From an uncultured Planctomycetaceae bacterium (lineage in GTDB: Bacteria > Planctomycetota > Planctomycetia > Pirellulales > PALSA-1355), in assembly GCA_963785305.1 (NCBI GenBank), contig CAWAUV010000007.1, forward strand, positions 1,504,001 through 1,568,000: a stretch of DNA of 64,000 nt. Direction: 5' to 3'. Under the pieces are notes generated by a model. The model was given only the letters and a program-made list of their open reading frames with translations. It made no database searches and was not told the DNA's origin. Both the position numbers and the translations under genes were made by a program. Position 1 is the stretch's first letter, and every line of letters begins with the position of its first letter. Shown one piece after another: positions 10,662-22,746 of this stretch.

Positions 10662-11776
10662 TCAGCCGGCGAGGCTTGCGACGCCCGTGTCGGAAAGACC
10701 CCGGGGAGCGAGCGGCGCTCGGCCGCGAGCCGCTCGCCACAAGTCGCCCAAGGCCACGAGACCTCGCAGCGCCGCGAAGGCAAGTAGCGGCGAGATCATC
10801 AGGCCCCAGTACATATTGAACGGCAGTCCCACGACGCTGAACGCCACGAGATATCCGGCCACGGTCAGTCCCAGCCGGGTTCCGCCGGCCGAGTTCCAAC
10901 TGGCTACTCCCAGCAGCGCGAGCGGCAAGAAGATCGCCGTGAGCCACTGAGGCTTTCGAGCAGATAGGCGTTCATCTGGGCGGTGGAGAGCACGAAGGGG
11001 CCCGCGCCCAGGGCAAACCAACTTACCCCATGCGCGAGATCGTCGGGCTTGACGAGCGAAAGCACCTTGTACGCATGCAAGGCATAAAATACCGCATAGA
11101 GCGAAAATCCGGCCAGCCACACGCCGACTTCCTTCCACCGCCGCTCCCAAGCGGCCCAAGCGAGCGAGAGCACGCAATATGGCGCCGCCAGTTCGCGGCA
11201 AAATAGCGCGGCTAGGCCCGCGGCGACACCCAGCCGGCCGCGTCCCTGGGCATAGGCGGCAATCGAGAGGGCGACCAGCACTCCAGACCACAATTCCGTC
11301 ATCACGAAGCCCTCGCCCGTGGCCCCGACCAGCACCCCGGTGAGCGCGAACATGCTGACCATGGCGATTCCCCGCCCCGATTCGCGGCACAGCCAGCCAT
11401 AGGCCAGCCCGGCCAGCGTCAGTCCGATCGCGCCGAGCGCCAATTGGCTTAGTCGCACACTGGGCAGCGAGCCGAAGATCGCCAGCGGGGTGGGAGTGCG
11501 CCAGTTGAACACGCTTTTCGTCGGATAGCCGCGCGAGCGCAGTTCCTGGGCCGCGGCGGCATAATAGGATTCGCCGGCCTGCATCCGCTTGATCTCGGCA
11601 TTGTAGAGGTCCACGTCGCCCGGACCGGGATTCGGCCCGCGATCGACTTCGTTTTTGAGCGGCGAGAGGCTGATCGCCAAAAAGAACACGAGCACGGCGC
11701 CGGCCAGCGAGAGCACGGCGATGGCCTTGGTTCGGGAAACGCCGGAGTAATCGGTCGGCCGCACAAGCGCGATCAT
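10662..11776 (-). CDS. Hypothetical polytopic membrane protein (frameshift near 10950)
   Basis: ORFs 10904..11815 and 10662..11855 join into one hydrophobic protein; GAGG RBS before ATG 11776. Confidence 0.75.
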
Positions 11777-11978
11777 GGCGGGTAGGTCCTCTCGAATGTG
11801 CCGAATGTTTTGCATGCGCCGCGAGGAATGAAGATGAAGTGGAGCGGCTGGCCAAGAAAGCTTAGCTTATACCGGCCTCGGGACGGATTTCTTGGCCCTC
11901 GAGCGAAAAGCTTGTTTGGTCCCCCGGCGCCGGGTAGCTTGACGATTGTTTCCGTCACTTGTTTGAGATTTCAACGCC

Positions 11979-12221
11979 ATGCGACGATCGAACGTGCGAC
12001 GATGGATGTGGTCGGCTGTCGCGGGCGCTGTGCTTGGCGCGATCGTGAGCCTGACGACCGCCGAAGCGATCTTTCCTCAAATGCGCTTCGTGTCGGAGGT
12101 CGGCGCCGCACAAGAGTTTCACGCGCGCCTATATGGCGCGGCATGCATGGTGATTGGCGCCGCGAGCATGTTATATGCCACGAACCGATGGTTATTGAAG
12201 GAAGTTGGCCGCCGACAGTAA
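11979..12221 (+). CDS. Small two-TM hypothetical protein
   Basis: 80-aa ORF with two hydrophobic segments directly upstream of comF. Confidence 0.5.
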   Translation: MRRSNVRRWMWSAVAGAVLGAIVSLTTAEAIFPQMRFVSEVGAAQEFHARLYGAACMVIGAASMLYATNRWLLKEVGRRQ

Positions 12222-12259
12222 ATATTTGTCGCCATGCTTCCCCGGAAAATCTGCATCGC

Positions 12260-13053
12260 ATGTTCTTGAAATCCGCTCCCCCGCTTCTGAGCCTCGGCGC
12301 CGTGAGCCGCTTGCGGCGATGGGCCACCGGGTTCGTCGATTTAGTGTATCCGCCGCAATGCGCGCTCTGCGGGGCGTTGCCGACCGACGACGAGCCTCGC
12401 GACGATCGCGAGTTGCTCTGCCGAGAATGCCTCGCCGCGATGGTCGATCGGCAGCCCGCCTGCTCGGCTTGCGGCGGGCCCTTGCCGACCTTGAGCGGTC
12501 GCTCGCTGGCTTGCCCGCGCTGTCACCGCGAACCCACGCGGTTCGAGGCGCTGGTGCGACTGGGGCGCTACGACGGCCCACTACGCGAGGCGGTGCTACG
12601 CACCAAACGCTCGCACGGCGTCTCGCTGGCAACGTCGCTCGCGGCGGCGCTGGCTCGCGAGCGACGCGAGCAACTCGCGGCGCTCGACCTTCAAATGATC
12701 GCGCCCGTGCCCATGCACTGGACCCTGCGAATCTGGCGCGGCGCGCATGGACCCGAAACCATCGCCGCCGCGCTCGCCCGGCGGCTCGCGATTCCGCTCG
12801 ACAATCGCCTCCTGCGCCAGGTGCGGGCCACCCGCTCGCAGCACGACCTGACACCGGCCCAGCACCGCGCGAATGTGCGCGGGGCATTTCGCGTGTCTCC
12901 ACGGCGCTCGCTCGCCGGAGCTCGAGTGCTGGTGGTCGATGACGTGCTCACGACCGGCGCCACGGCCAACGAAGCAGCGCGAGTGTTGCATCGCGAGGCG
13001 CGGCGCTGGTGGCCATCGCCGTGCTGGCCCGCACTCCGTCGTTTGATCATTGA
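12260..13053 (+). CDS. comF: ComF family protein (double zinc ribbon + phosphoribosyltransferase; frameshift near 12995)
   Basis: YPPQCALCG, LCREC, CSACG, CPRC, APVPMH, NVRGAF, VLVVDDVLTTGAT; C-terminus AVLAR in the shifted frame. Confidence 0.9.
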
Positions 13054-13260
13054 AACCGCCATGGCGCCCGATGCCTTCTCGTCTCCGCGGCTCCGCCTCG
13101 GTGCGTCTCCGCGCGATATCCGATCTCTCACCGAGCCGGGCGCCGACAGGAGTTTCGCGCTCGGCCGCGCGAGCCTATGATACGTTGGGTTAGCGCCGAC
13201 AAGATTCCGGCGCCAGGAACACTCGCTTTGTCTCTCGGAAGCCGGAAAGTCGGAAGTCTC

Positions 13261-14190
13261 ATGCCGATCGATCGACCGTTGCGTTTGGGAACTCGCGCCA
13301 GCGCGCTTGCCCGCTGGCAGGCGGAATGGGTGGCGGCGCGGTTAACCGCCGCGGGCATCGCGGTCGAGCTGGTTCCCATCACCACTCAGGGCGACGTGCT
13401 GCGAATGCCGATCAGCGAGGCTGGCGGGATGGGCCTATTCACAAAGGAACTTCAACACGCGCTCCTCGATCGGCGCATCGATCTCGCCGTGCATAGCCTC
13501 AAGGATTTGCCGACCGATCCGGCGCCCGGCCTCGCGCTCGCCGCCACGCCGCCCCGCGAAAGCGTGCGCGATGTGCTCTTATGCCGCGAACCGCTCGAGC
13601 TCCGTCAGCTTCCGCGGGGCGCCGTGGTGGGCACCGGCAGCTTGCGACGACGCGCGCAAACCCTTGCCTTGCGGCCCGATCTCAAGACCGCCGACATTCG
13701 CGGGAATCTCGACACCCGAATTCGCAAGCTCACCGATGGCGAGTTCGACGCGATCTTGCTAGCCGAGGCCGGCCTCAAGCGGCTGGGACTCATGGCCCGC
13801 GCGACGCAAATCTTCGATCCGCTCGAAATGCTACCGGCCGTGGGCCAGGGCGCCTTGGGCCTCGAGACTCGGAGCGACGACGAGCCTGTGCGCCGGGCCG
13901 TTGCCGCGGTCAACGACTCCGCGACATTCGCCGCCGTGACCGCCGAACGGGCGCTCTTCGCGCACCTGCGCGGCGGCTGTCTGGCGCCGGTGGGCGCCTG
14001 GGCCCGCATCGCGGAAGACGGCGCCCTCAAGCTCGACGCCGTGGTGCTCAGCGCCGATGGGGACCGGCGGCTCGCGGCCGAAAGCGCCGGAGATCTCGAC
14101 GAAGCCGCGGCGCTCGGCCGCCTCGTGGCCGAACAACTCATTTCCCAGGGCGCGAGCGAACTGATCCTCCAAAGCCGCGCCAGTCGCTGA
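13261..14190 (+). CDS. hemC: Hydroxymethylbilane synthase (porphobilinogen deaminase)
   Basis: LRLGTRASALARWQA, GLFTKEL, AVHSLKDLP, GTGSLRR, IRGNLDTR, LPAVGQGAL, LRGGCLAPVG. Confidence 0.97.
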   Translation: MPIDRPLRLGTRASALARWQAEWVAARLTAAGIAVELVPITTQGDVLRMPISEAGGMGLFTKELQHALLDRRIDLAVHSLKDLPTDPAPGLALAATPPRESVRDVLLCREPLELRQLPRGAVVGTGSLRRRAQTLALRPDLKTADIRGNLDTRIRKLTDGEFDAILLAEAGLKRLGLMARATQIFDPLEMLPAVGQGALGLETRSDDEPVRRAVAAVNDSATFAAVTAERALFAHLRGGCLAPVGAWARIAEDGALKLDAVVLSADGDRRLAAESAGDLDEAAALGRLVAEQLISQGASELILQSRASR

Positions 14191-14479
14191 CCAAACCCTC
14201 TCCCCGAGGGAGAAGCCGCCGAAAAAGCCGCCGGTCGAGGGGTCTTCGCGGCGCTGCTAGCACGCCTGATTTCCTCGCGCGGCGCGCCATCATTCGGCTC
14301 GCCGCGCTCGCCACCTTCGCCCCGGGGGAGAAGGATTCGCGAGCGCGGCTTCGACGTTGCCCTGTCGACGATGGTTCGCTATTGTACCGGCCTCGCGGGC
14401 GGCGCCGGCGCAAGGATCGCGTTCGAGGGCGCCTTGCCGCATGGAGCGTTGGCTCGGAAATAATTCCCACGGAGGGGTC

Positions 14480-16289
14480 ATGTATAAGTTTCTGCTTTGC
14501 TGGCGATATCTGCGCACTCGCTACATCGCCTTGGCCTCGGTCATCAGCGTGATGCTCGGCGTGGCCACGATGATCGTGGTCAATAGCGTGATGGCCGGCT
14601 TTACCCATGAAATGCAGAACCGCATTCATGGCATCCTGTCGGACGTGGTGGTCGAAAGCCATAGCCTCGAGGGCTTTCACGATCCCGAGTGGCACATGCA
14701 GCGAATTCGGCAGGTGGCCGGTAAATATGTCGAAGGCATGACGCCGACGGTGGTCGTGCCGGCGATGCTCAACTTTCAGGTGCGTGGCCAGTGGATCACG
14801 CGGCCGGTGAGCTTGATCGGCGTCGAGGAAGCCACCCACGGCAAGGTCAGCGACTTCGCCAATTTCCTGCAGCATCCGGAGAATCGAAAGAATCTCAGCT
14901 TCAAGCTTCGCGACGGCGGCTACGATGTCGACGATCATCAGGCCCGGCCCGGCGCCCACGGACCGCAGCGCACCGATTTGCAAAACGCCGGCTGGCCGCT
15001 CCGCCGCTATCAAGCCGCGCAGGCCAAGCGCTTCGCCGAGTTCATGGCCACCCGTTCGCCCGGCGATCCGGTGGCAAGCGCCACGCCGAGCAACGCCGCT
15101 CCGACCATCGAGCCGCCATCCGAAGAATCGCCGGCGCCGGTCGATGCATCGGCGCCCGAGAAGAATAGCGAGACCGCGCCGTCGGACGATCCCGATTCCA
15201 AACCCGAATCTCGCGAACAGCAAATTTTTGGCGATGCCCCACCGGCCGAGCCCGCGGCGAGCCCGGCCCTGGCGCCCGATGCCAACGCGGCCACGGAGCC
15301 GAGCTCGATCGAGCCAGCCACGAGTCGGCCCGACGAAGAAATCGCCCAGGGCGAGCGCCCGCCGCTCGAAGACCCATTTCGCGCTCGCAATCCGTTTGGC
15401 GCCGAATCGCAAAACGTGTTTGACCCGGCGCGAACAACACACCGGCATCGTGCTCGGCATCAGCTTGGCCAGCTTTCGCACTTCCGAGGGCCAAGATCGG
15501 TTCATGGTGCTGCCGGGCCAAGATGTGAAGCTCACCTTGCCCACGGCCGGCACTCCGCCCAAGGCCGTGACCGACAATTTCACGATCATTGACTTCTACG
15601 AGAGCAAGATGAGCGAATACGACTCGAACTTCGTGTTCGCCCCGATCGAGCGCGTGCAACAACTGCGCGGCATGATCGACCCGCAATCAGGCATCGGCAA
15701 CGTGACCTCGATTCAAATCAAGCTGCGAAGCGAGGCCGATGGTCCATTGGTCCGGGATTTGCTTCGTGGAACATTCCCACCGGAAATCTACTCGATTCAG
15801 ACCTGGCGCGACAAGCAAGGCGCGCTGCTCGCCGCCGTGGGAATGGAAACCGCGATTCTCAACGTGCTTTTATTCTTGATCATCGCCGTGGCGGGCTTCG
15901 GCATTCTGGCGATTTTCTACATGATCGTCGTCGAGAAGACCAAGGATATCGGCATTCTGAAAGCCCTGGGCGCCCACGGCCGCGGAATTATGGGAATCTT
16001 TTTGGGCTATGGAGTATCGCTCGGCATGGTCGGCTCGGGCGTGGGCATGGTGATCGGCCTCGTGTTCGTGGCCAATATCAATGGAATCGCCAAGCTCTTG
16101 GCCCGGATCACGGGGCACGAAGTGTTCGATCCCTCGATTTACTATTTTCAGGAAATCCCCACGATCGTCGAACCGTTCACGGTGCTCTGGATCGTCGGGG
16201 GGGCAATTGCGATCGCGGTCACGGCCGGTGTTTTGCCGGCCTATCGCGCGGCGGGTTTGCATCCTGTGGAGGCACTGCGATATGAGTGA
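14480..16289 (+). CDS. LolC/LolE-like lipoprotein-release ABC permease (frameshift near 15432)
   Basis: RYLRTRYIALASVISVMLGVATMIVVNSVMAGF N-terminus; VEKTKDIGILKALGA and HPVEALRYE FtsX-like C-terminus. Confidence 0.9.
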
Positions 16290-17147
16290 CACGCATCATC
16301 CCCTCGCCGCCGAGCGCGTGGCGCTTTTCGACCCGGGCCTCAACGCCGCGCCGGTCATCAAGCCGCCGCGCGCGGCCGACGACTGCGCATCGAGTTCGCT
16401 CCCCAATCGGCATTCGCGAGGACCGCGAGGTGATTCCGATCTCCACGGCTTCGAGCCCGCATCTCTCGGCGACCGATCTTTGTAAAAGCTACCGCAAGGG
16501 CGGCGTCGAGATTCCCGTGCTGCGCGGAGTGGAACTGAGCGTGCGCGAGGGCGAGTTTCTTTCGATCGTCGGGCAAAGCGGCAGCGGAAAAAGCACCTTG
16601 CTGCATTTGCTCGGCACGCTCGACGCGCCCGACTCGGGCGAAATCCATTTCCAGGGACATCGGATCGACAACCTCTCGACCCTGGGCCGCGACGCGCTGC
16701 GAAACAAACAGTTCGGCATGATCTTTCAGTTCTATCATTTGCTGCCCGAGCTCTCGACGGTGGAAAACGTGCTCGCGCCGCTGATGATCGCCGAAGGCGC
16801 GTGGAGCTACTTTCGCAAGCGAAAACAATACATCGCCCAGGCCAGCGAGTTGCTCCAATTGGTCGGGCTCGGCCATCGACTCAAACACAAGCCGCGCGAG
16901 CTCTCGGGCGGCGAAATGCAGCGGGCGGCCATTGCCCGCGCGCTCGTGGCCGGACCGCGATTGCTGTTGGCCGACGAGCCCACCGGCAATCTCGACGCCG
17001 CGACCGGCCGCGAGATTCTCGAGCTGCTTCGCGCGCCTCAACGAGCAGCAGCGGCTAACCGTGATCATGGTCACGCACGACCCGGTGATCGCCGATCTGG
17101 CCGATCGCTCGGTGCGCCTCGCGGCCGGACAAGTCGTCGCGGCCTGA
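16282..17147 (+). CDS. lolD: LolD-like ABC ATP-binding protein (frameshifts near the 5' end and at about 17032)
   Basis: GQSGSGKST, FQFYHLLPE, LSGGEMQR, LLADEPTGNLD, then IMVTHD in the shifted frame. Start uncertain. Confidence 0.88.
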
Positions 17148-17319
17148 ATCGCGAGTCCGGCAAGCTCCAAGGTCGCGTCGAAGCCGAGCCGAGCGATCGG
17201 CTTCGGCCGGGGCGTGTTCCCCCCGCGGCTCGCGAACTTCGGGCGCCTGCTATGCGCCGCGGACTCGGCCGGTTATGATGGCGAGATTCGTTTCGCCCCC
17301 ACCCCAGGAAGTTCCGCGA

Positions 17320-18222
17320 ATGGCATCCATCAAGCCGAAGCCGTCGGCCGAAACCAAGGAACCGATCGAGCGCAAGGTTTTCATCGCCGGCAAGTTTTAT
17401 GACAAACGCGACGCGAAGATCAGTGTCTATGACCACGGCTTGCTCTATGGCGACGGCGTGTTCGAGGGGCTGCGCAGCTACAACGGCCGCGTGTTTCGGC
17501 TCGATGCGCATTTGACCCGGCTCTGGGAATCGGCCAAGGCGATTCTGCTCGAAATTCCCATGTCGCGCGAGGCGATCGCCAAGGCGATCCACGACACGCT
17601 CGCCGCGAACCAAATCATCGATGGCTATATCCGGCTCGTGGTCACGCGCGGCGCCGGCTCCCTGGGGCTCGATCCGCACAAGACCAGCGACCCGCAAGTG
17701 ATTGTCATCGCCGATCATATCGCGCTCTATCCCGACGAGCTCTATCAACATGGGCTCGACATCATCACGGCCAGCACGGTGCGCACCCATCCCGCGGCGC
17801 TCAGCGCCCGGATCAAGAGCCTCAACTACCTCAACAACATCATGGCCAAGCTCGAGGGGCTCAAGGCCGGGTGCATCGAAGCGCTCATGCTCAACAGCAA
17901 GGGCGAAGTGGCCGAATGCACGGGCGACAATATATTCCTGGTCCGCGACAAAACTCTGCTCACGCCGCCGATCGACGCCGGCATTCTGGCGGGCATAACT
18001 CGCGGCGCGGTGATGGAGCTCGCGGTCGAGGCGGGCATTGCCGTGCGCGAGATCGCGCTCACGCGCCACGATGTCTATATCGCCGACGAATGTTTCCTCA
18101 CCGGCACGGCCGCCGAAGTGATTCCCGTCGTGCGCGTCGATAGTCGCGTCATCGGCGCCGGAAAGCCGGGCCCGATCACGCGCGATTTGAAAGATCGATT
18201 CCACCGCCTGGCGCGAGCCTGA
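17320..18222 (+). CDS. ilvE: Branched-chain amino acid aminotransferase (class IV)
   Basis: DHGLLYGDGVFEG, IKSLNYLNN, ECTGDNIF, ILAGITR, ADECFLTGTAAE. Confidence 0.95.
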   Translation: MASIKPKPSAETKEPIERKVFIAGKFYDKRDAKISVYDHGLLYGDGVFEGLRSYNGRVFRLDAHLTRLWESAKAILLEIPMSREAIAKAIHDTLAANQIIDGYIRLVVTRGAGSLGLDPHKTSDPQVIVIADHIALYPDELYQHGLDIITASTVRTHPAALSARIKSLNYLNNIMAKLEGLKAGCIEALMLNSKGEVAECTGDNIFLVRDKTLLTPPIDAGILAGITRGAVMELAVEAGIAVREIALTRHDVYIADECFLTGTAAEVIPVVRVDSRVIGAGKPGPITRDLKDRFHRLARA

Positions 18223-18377
18223 CGATTCGAATCGCCGGCGCCCGATCTTGCGCCGAGCGGACCCAGCGCCGATGGGGGGCGCGGCGGACCGCGGCGCGAG
18301 ATGTCGAACATCCGCCGGCGAATTCAATCGCGATGCCTATCGCCCGCGTTAATTTTTTTCCGAGGAAGGCGTCCACC

Positions 18378-19754
18378 ATGCAACCGACGAGCTATTCCAC
18401 GTTTATCGAGGCGAATCGTGCCCGCTACGAGCAGGAGCTCTTCGAATTGCTCCGCATTCCAAGCGTCAGCGCCGATAGCGCCTACCGGGCCGATGTGCGC
18501 CGGGCAGCCGACTGGATGGTCGCTCGCTTTCAGCGCATGGGGCTCGCGGTGGAGCTTATCAAAACCGGCGGCAATCCGATCGTGTTCGCCCAATCGCCGC
18601 CCGTGGCGGGCGCTCCGACGGTGCTGGTTTACGGTCACTACGATGTGCAGCCGCCCGACCCGCTGGGGGAATGGCATTCGCCGCCCTTCGAGCCCACGGT
18701 GCGCGACGGCGCCGTGGTTGCCCGCGGCGCCACCGACGACAAAGGCCAGATGCTCACGCATGTCAACGCGGCCGATGCCTGGCTCGGCGCCGCGGGCCGG
18801 CTGCCGGTGCAATTGAAGTTCCTGATCGAAGGCGAGGAGGAGGTGGGCAGCGAGAGCCTCGACCATGTGCTCGGCGCCCGCGCCAAGGACCTCGCTTGCG
18901 ATGTGGTGGTGATTAGCGACACCTCGCAATTTGGCCCCGGGCAACCGGCGATCACCTACGGCCTGCGCGGCATCGCCTATTTCGAGCTCCTGGTCACGGG
19001 GCCGAAGCAGGACCTGCACTCCGGCACATTCGGCGGAGCGGTGGTGAATCCGGCCAATGTGCTTTGCGAACTGCTCGCGGGCCTCGCCGACTCCGATCGC
19101 CGAGTGCGCGTGCCGGGTTTTTACGACGATGTGATTCCGCTCGATGCTTCGGAGCGAAGCCAATTGGCGGCGCTGCCTTTTGATGAAGAGGAGTTCAAGC
19201 TCCGGATTGGAGTCAAGGGACTTCGGGGCGAGGCCGGCTACACGACGCTCGAGCGCCGCGGCGCTCGCCCGACCTACGATATCAACGGTCTCTGGAGCGG
19301 CTATCAGGGCGAAGGCGCCAAAACGATTCTGCCCGCGCGGGCCGGCGCGAAGTTCAGCTTTCGGCTCGTGCCGCGGCAAGACCCGAAGAAAATCGCCGTG
19401 GCGCTCGAGGCTTATCTGCGCGAGCGGGCGCCGGCCGGGGTGACGCTCGAGTTGATCGCGCACTCGGGCGCGCCGGGAGTGCTCACGCCCCTCGACAGCA
19501 AGTATGTGGCGGCGGCCCGGCGGGCGATCGCGCATGCCTTCGGCCGCGCGCCGCTCATGATTCGCGAGGGCGGATCGATCCCCGTGGTGGGCGCCTTTCA
19601 CGAAGTGCTGGGAGCGGATACGTTACTGTTGGGCTGGGGCCAGGACGACGACAACACGCATGGCCCCAACGAAAAATTCCGCCTCGCCGACTTTCACCGC
19701 GGCATCCAAGCGAGCGCTCGCTTGTGGGATGAACTGTCGCGACTCGACTTTTGA
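18378..19754 (+). CDS. M20 family dipeptidase
   Basis: YGHYDVQP, RGATDDKGQ, EGEEEVGS, DLHSG, EGGSIP, HGPNE. Confidence 0.94.
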   Translation: MQPTSYSTFIEANRARYEQELFELLRIPSVSADSAYRADVRRAADWMVARFQRMGLAVELIKTGGNPIVFAQSPPVAGAPTVLVYGHYDVQPPDPLGEWHSPPFEPTVRDGAVVARGATDDKGQMLTHVNAADAWLGAAGRLPVQLKFLIEGEEEVGSESLDHVLGARAKDLACDVVVISDTSQFGPGQPAITYGLRGIAYFELLVTGPKQDLHSGTFGGAVVNPANVLCELLAGLADSDRRVRVPGFYDDVIPLDASERSQLAALPFDEEEFKLRIGVKGLRGEAGYTTLERRGARPTYDINGLWSGYQGEGAKTILPARAGAKFSFRLVPRQDPKKIAVALEAYLRERAPAGVTLELIAHSGAPGVLTPLDSKYVAAARRAIAHAFGRAPLMIREGGSIPVVGAFHEVLGADTLLLGWGQDDDNTHGPNEKFRLADFHRGIQASARLWDELSRLDF

Positions 19755-19776
19755 GCCCTCCCAAACCGGATGACCT

Positions 19777-21064
19777 ATGCTCGACCGTAAATTCGTGGCC
19801 GAAAACTTGGAGCTCGTGCGGCGAAACTGCGAGCATCGCGGCGCCAAGGCCGATCTCGATCGCTTTGCCCAGCTCGAAACCCAGCGCCGCGAGAATCAGG
19901 CCGCGCTCGACGAGTTGAATCGCCAAGCCAACGAAGTGAGCAAGTCGATCGGCAGGGCAAAGGACCCCGCCGAGCGCGAGCGAGCCAAGGAAGAAGGCCG
20001 CCGTTTGCGTGAGGAAGCCGCCGCGGCCCAAGCGCGCCTCGACCAAACCCTGGCCGACGCGGAGGTAATTCTCCGCGCGATTCCCAACCTGACCCACCCC
20101 GATGCCCCGCTCGGGGCCGACGATCAGGCGAATCTTGAAGTCGCCCGCGGCCGGCACGAGCCCCGCAAGTTCGACTTCAAGCCGCTCGATCATGTCGATC
20201 TCGGCGCGAAGCTCGACCTCTTCGATTTCGAGGCCGGCGCCAAGGTCACCGGAGCGGGATTCTACTTTCTCAAAAACGACGCCGTGCTGCTCGAGCTCGC
20301 GCTCCAGCAATACGCGGTGCGGCTGCTGATCGAACACGGCTTCACGCCCATGATCACACCCGACTTGGCCCGCAATGAAATCCTGCAAGGCACGGGCTAC
20401 ATTCCCCGGGGCCCGGAAACGCAAATCTATAGCATCGCTGACACCGATTTGAGTCTCGTGGCCACGGCCGAGATCACGCTCGGCGGGCTCCTGGCCGGCG
20501 AAATTCTGGACGCCGAACGGCTTCCGCTCAAATACTGCGGCATCAGCCACTGCTACCGCACCGAGGCGGGCGCCGGCGGACGCGCGTTCGCGCGGCTTGT
20601 ATCGCGTGCATCAGTTCACCAAGGTCGAAATGTTCGCCTTCACCTTGCCCGGGCAAAGCAATGCGACGCTCGACGAATTTCGCGACTTGGAATGCCGGAT
20701 TTTCGATGGGCTCGGGATTCCCTACCGAGTGGTCGACACCGCCAGCGGCGATCTGGGCGGACCGGCCTATCGCAAGTTCGATCTCGAAGCTTGGATGCCC
20801 GGCCGCGGCGCCGCGGGCGAATATGGCGAGGTGACCAGCACCTCGAATTGCACCGACTATCAGGCCCGGCGGCTGGGAATTCGCTACCGCAACAAAGGCG
20901 AAAAGGGCACGGCCTTCGTCCACACCCTCAATGGCACCGCGGTGGCGATCAGCCGGGCAATCATCGCCGTGCTTGAGAATTATCAAGAGGCCGATGGCTC
21001 GATCACGGTGCCCGAAGCCCTGCGCCCCCATATGGGGAAGGACCGGATCGCGGCGAGAACATGA
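19777..21064 (+). CDS. serS: Serine--tRNA ligase (frameshift near 20588)
   Basis: N-terminal coiled coil, LVATAEITL, CYRTEAG / GLYRVHQFTKVE, EVTSTSNCTDYQARR, HTLNGTA. Confidence 0.97.
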
Positions 21065-21101
21065 TGCTCGCTCCGCATCCCATACGGAAAAGGTAGCTAA
21101 C

Positions 21102-22639
21102 ATGGCGCTTGACTCGAACGTGCATCGGGATCGAACTTCACGATTCGCTTCCCTCGCCGTGTTTGTCGGCGCGATCTTGTTTTTGGGGGGAACTCGAACC
21201 ATGGCCGCCGATCCGCCGACTTCCGACGCCAAAAGCGCCACCGACTCGCCCCCAGCAGCTCCCGAGAGTCCAGTGGTCGCGGCCAAAACCTTGAGCGCTT
21301 CTCAAAATCGCTTTCCCGACATCGAGCAATTGCCCGTGGTCGAGGCGCTGCCCGATCCGTTGCAAATGCTGGGCGGCGAGACCATCGCGTCGCTCGAGGA
21401 TTGGAACGGCAAGCGCAAGCCCGAACTGAAGACGCTATTCCAGCATTACATGTATGGCCCGCTTCCGCCGGTCGCGCCGATACAGGTCGAAATTCGCCGC
21501 GTGGATCGCGACGCGCTCGGCGGCAAGGCCACGCTCAAGCAGGTTGCGATTCAATGTGGCCCGGCCGGCGCGCAACGATCGATCTTCTGCTCGTCGTGCC
21601 CAATCCCGGTGTCGCGAAGGCGACTGGCGAACAGGCCAAGCGGCCCGGCGTGATCCTGGGGCTCAACTTCACCGGCAATCACACGGTTCTCGCCGATCCG
21701 CGGATCGCGCTCGCCCGCGGCTGGGTCGGCAAAGGCCCTGGCGTGGTCGATCATCGCGCGACCGACGCCAGCCGCGGAACCGGCAGCGGGCAGTGGCAGG
21801 CGGAGATGGTCGTCGACCGCGGCTATGCGCTCGCGACGTTTTACTATGGCGACATCATGCCCGACGATCCGCGAGAAGCCGCCGGGGCCGTGGCTTTCTT
21901 TCGCGGCCTCGTCGCGGCCGGCGTGCAAGCGCCTGTCGCGAGCGCGCCGGTTGCCGTGCCCAATCCGGGAGCGCCGGCCGAAGCGAGCGCGGAAGCGTCG
22001 CTCAATGCGAGCGAGGCGGCGCCGGCGGTCGAGGGTCCCGGCGCGATTCTGGCTTGGGCCTGGGGACTGCATCGCGCGGTCGATTATCTTGTCATCGATC
22101 CGGAGATCGAAGCTCGCGACATCACCGTGTATGGCCACTCGCGCAATGGCAAGGCGGCGCTCGTGGCCGGCGCGTTCGACGAGCGTATTCGCGCCATCAT
22201 CCCGCATCAGGCCGGTTGCGGCGGCTCGGCCCCCAGCCGCTGCCACAATCCCAAGGCCGAAACCGTCACCCGCATCAACAAATCGTTTCCCCACTGGTTC
22301 GACGCCGAATTCAAGAAGTTCAGCGGTCGCGAGGATCGGCTGCCCTTCGATCAAAACGGGCTCGTGGCTTTGTGCTTTCCCCGCGCCGTGTTTTTCACCG
22401 CTGGCGACAAGGACCAATGGGCCAATCCGGCCGGCCAGCTCGAAATATTGAAAGCGGCCGGAAAAGTGTATCGCCAGTTTGGCGTCGAGGGCATCGACGA
22501 ACAGGCCGAAGCCAAGTTCGACGAGCGCATCGGCGCCCGATTGTGCTACCTGCTTCGCGACGCCGAGCACACGATCGACGCGAAATACTGGCAAGCGTTT
22601 CTCGACTTCGCCGACGACTCGCGCTCGCCGCGGCCCTAG
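21102..22639 (+). CDS. Secreted CE15-like (glucuronoyl/acetylxylan esterase) alpha/beta hydrolase (frameshift near 21575)
   Basis: Signal peptide, LPDPL, AWAWGLHRAVDYL, GHSRNGKAA nucleophile motif, LPFDQ, DQWANP. Confidence 0.85.
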
Positions 22640-22746
22640 CGCGAGACGCCCCCCGTGGCGGCTTGTCCGCCGCCGGCTTACCCGTTAGGCTACGCGAGTC
22701 ACTATTATCCCCGGCGCCCGAAGCGCGACTTTTTTTGCAAACAGCC

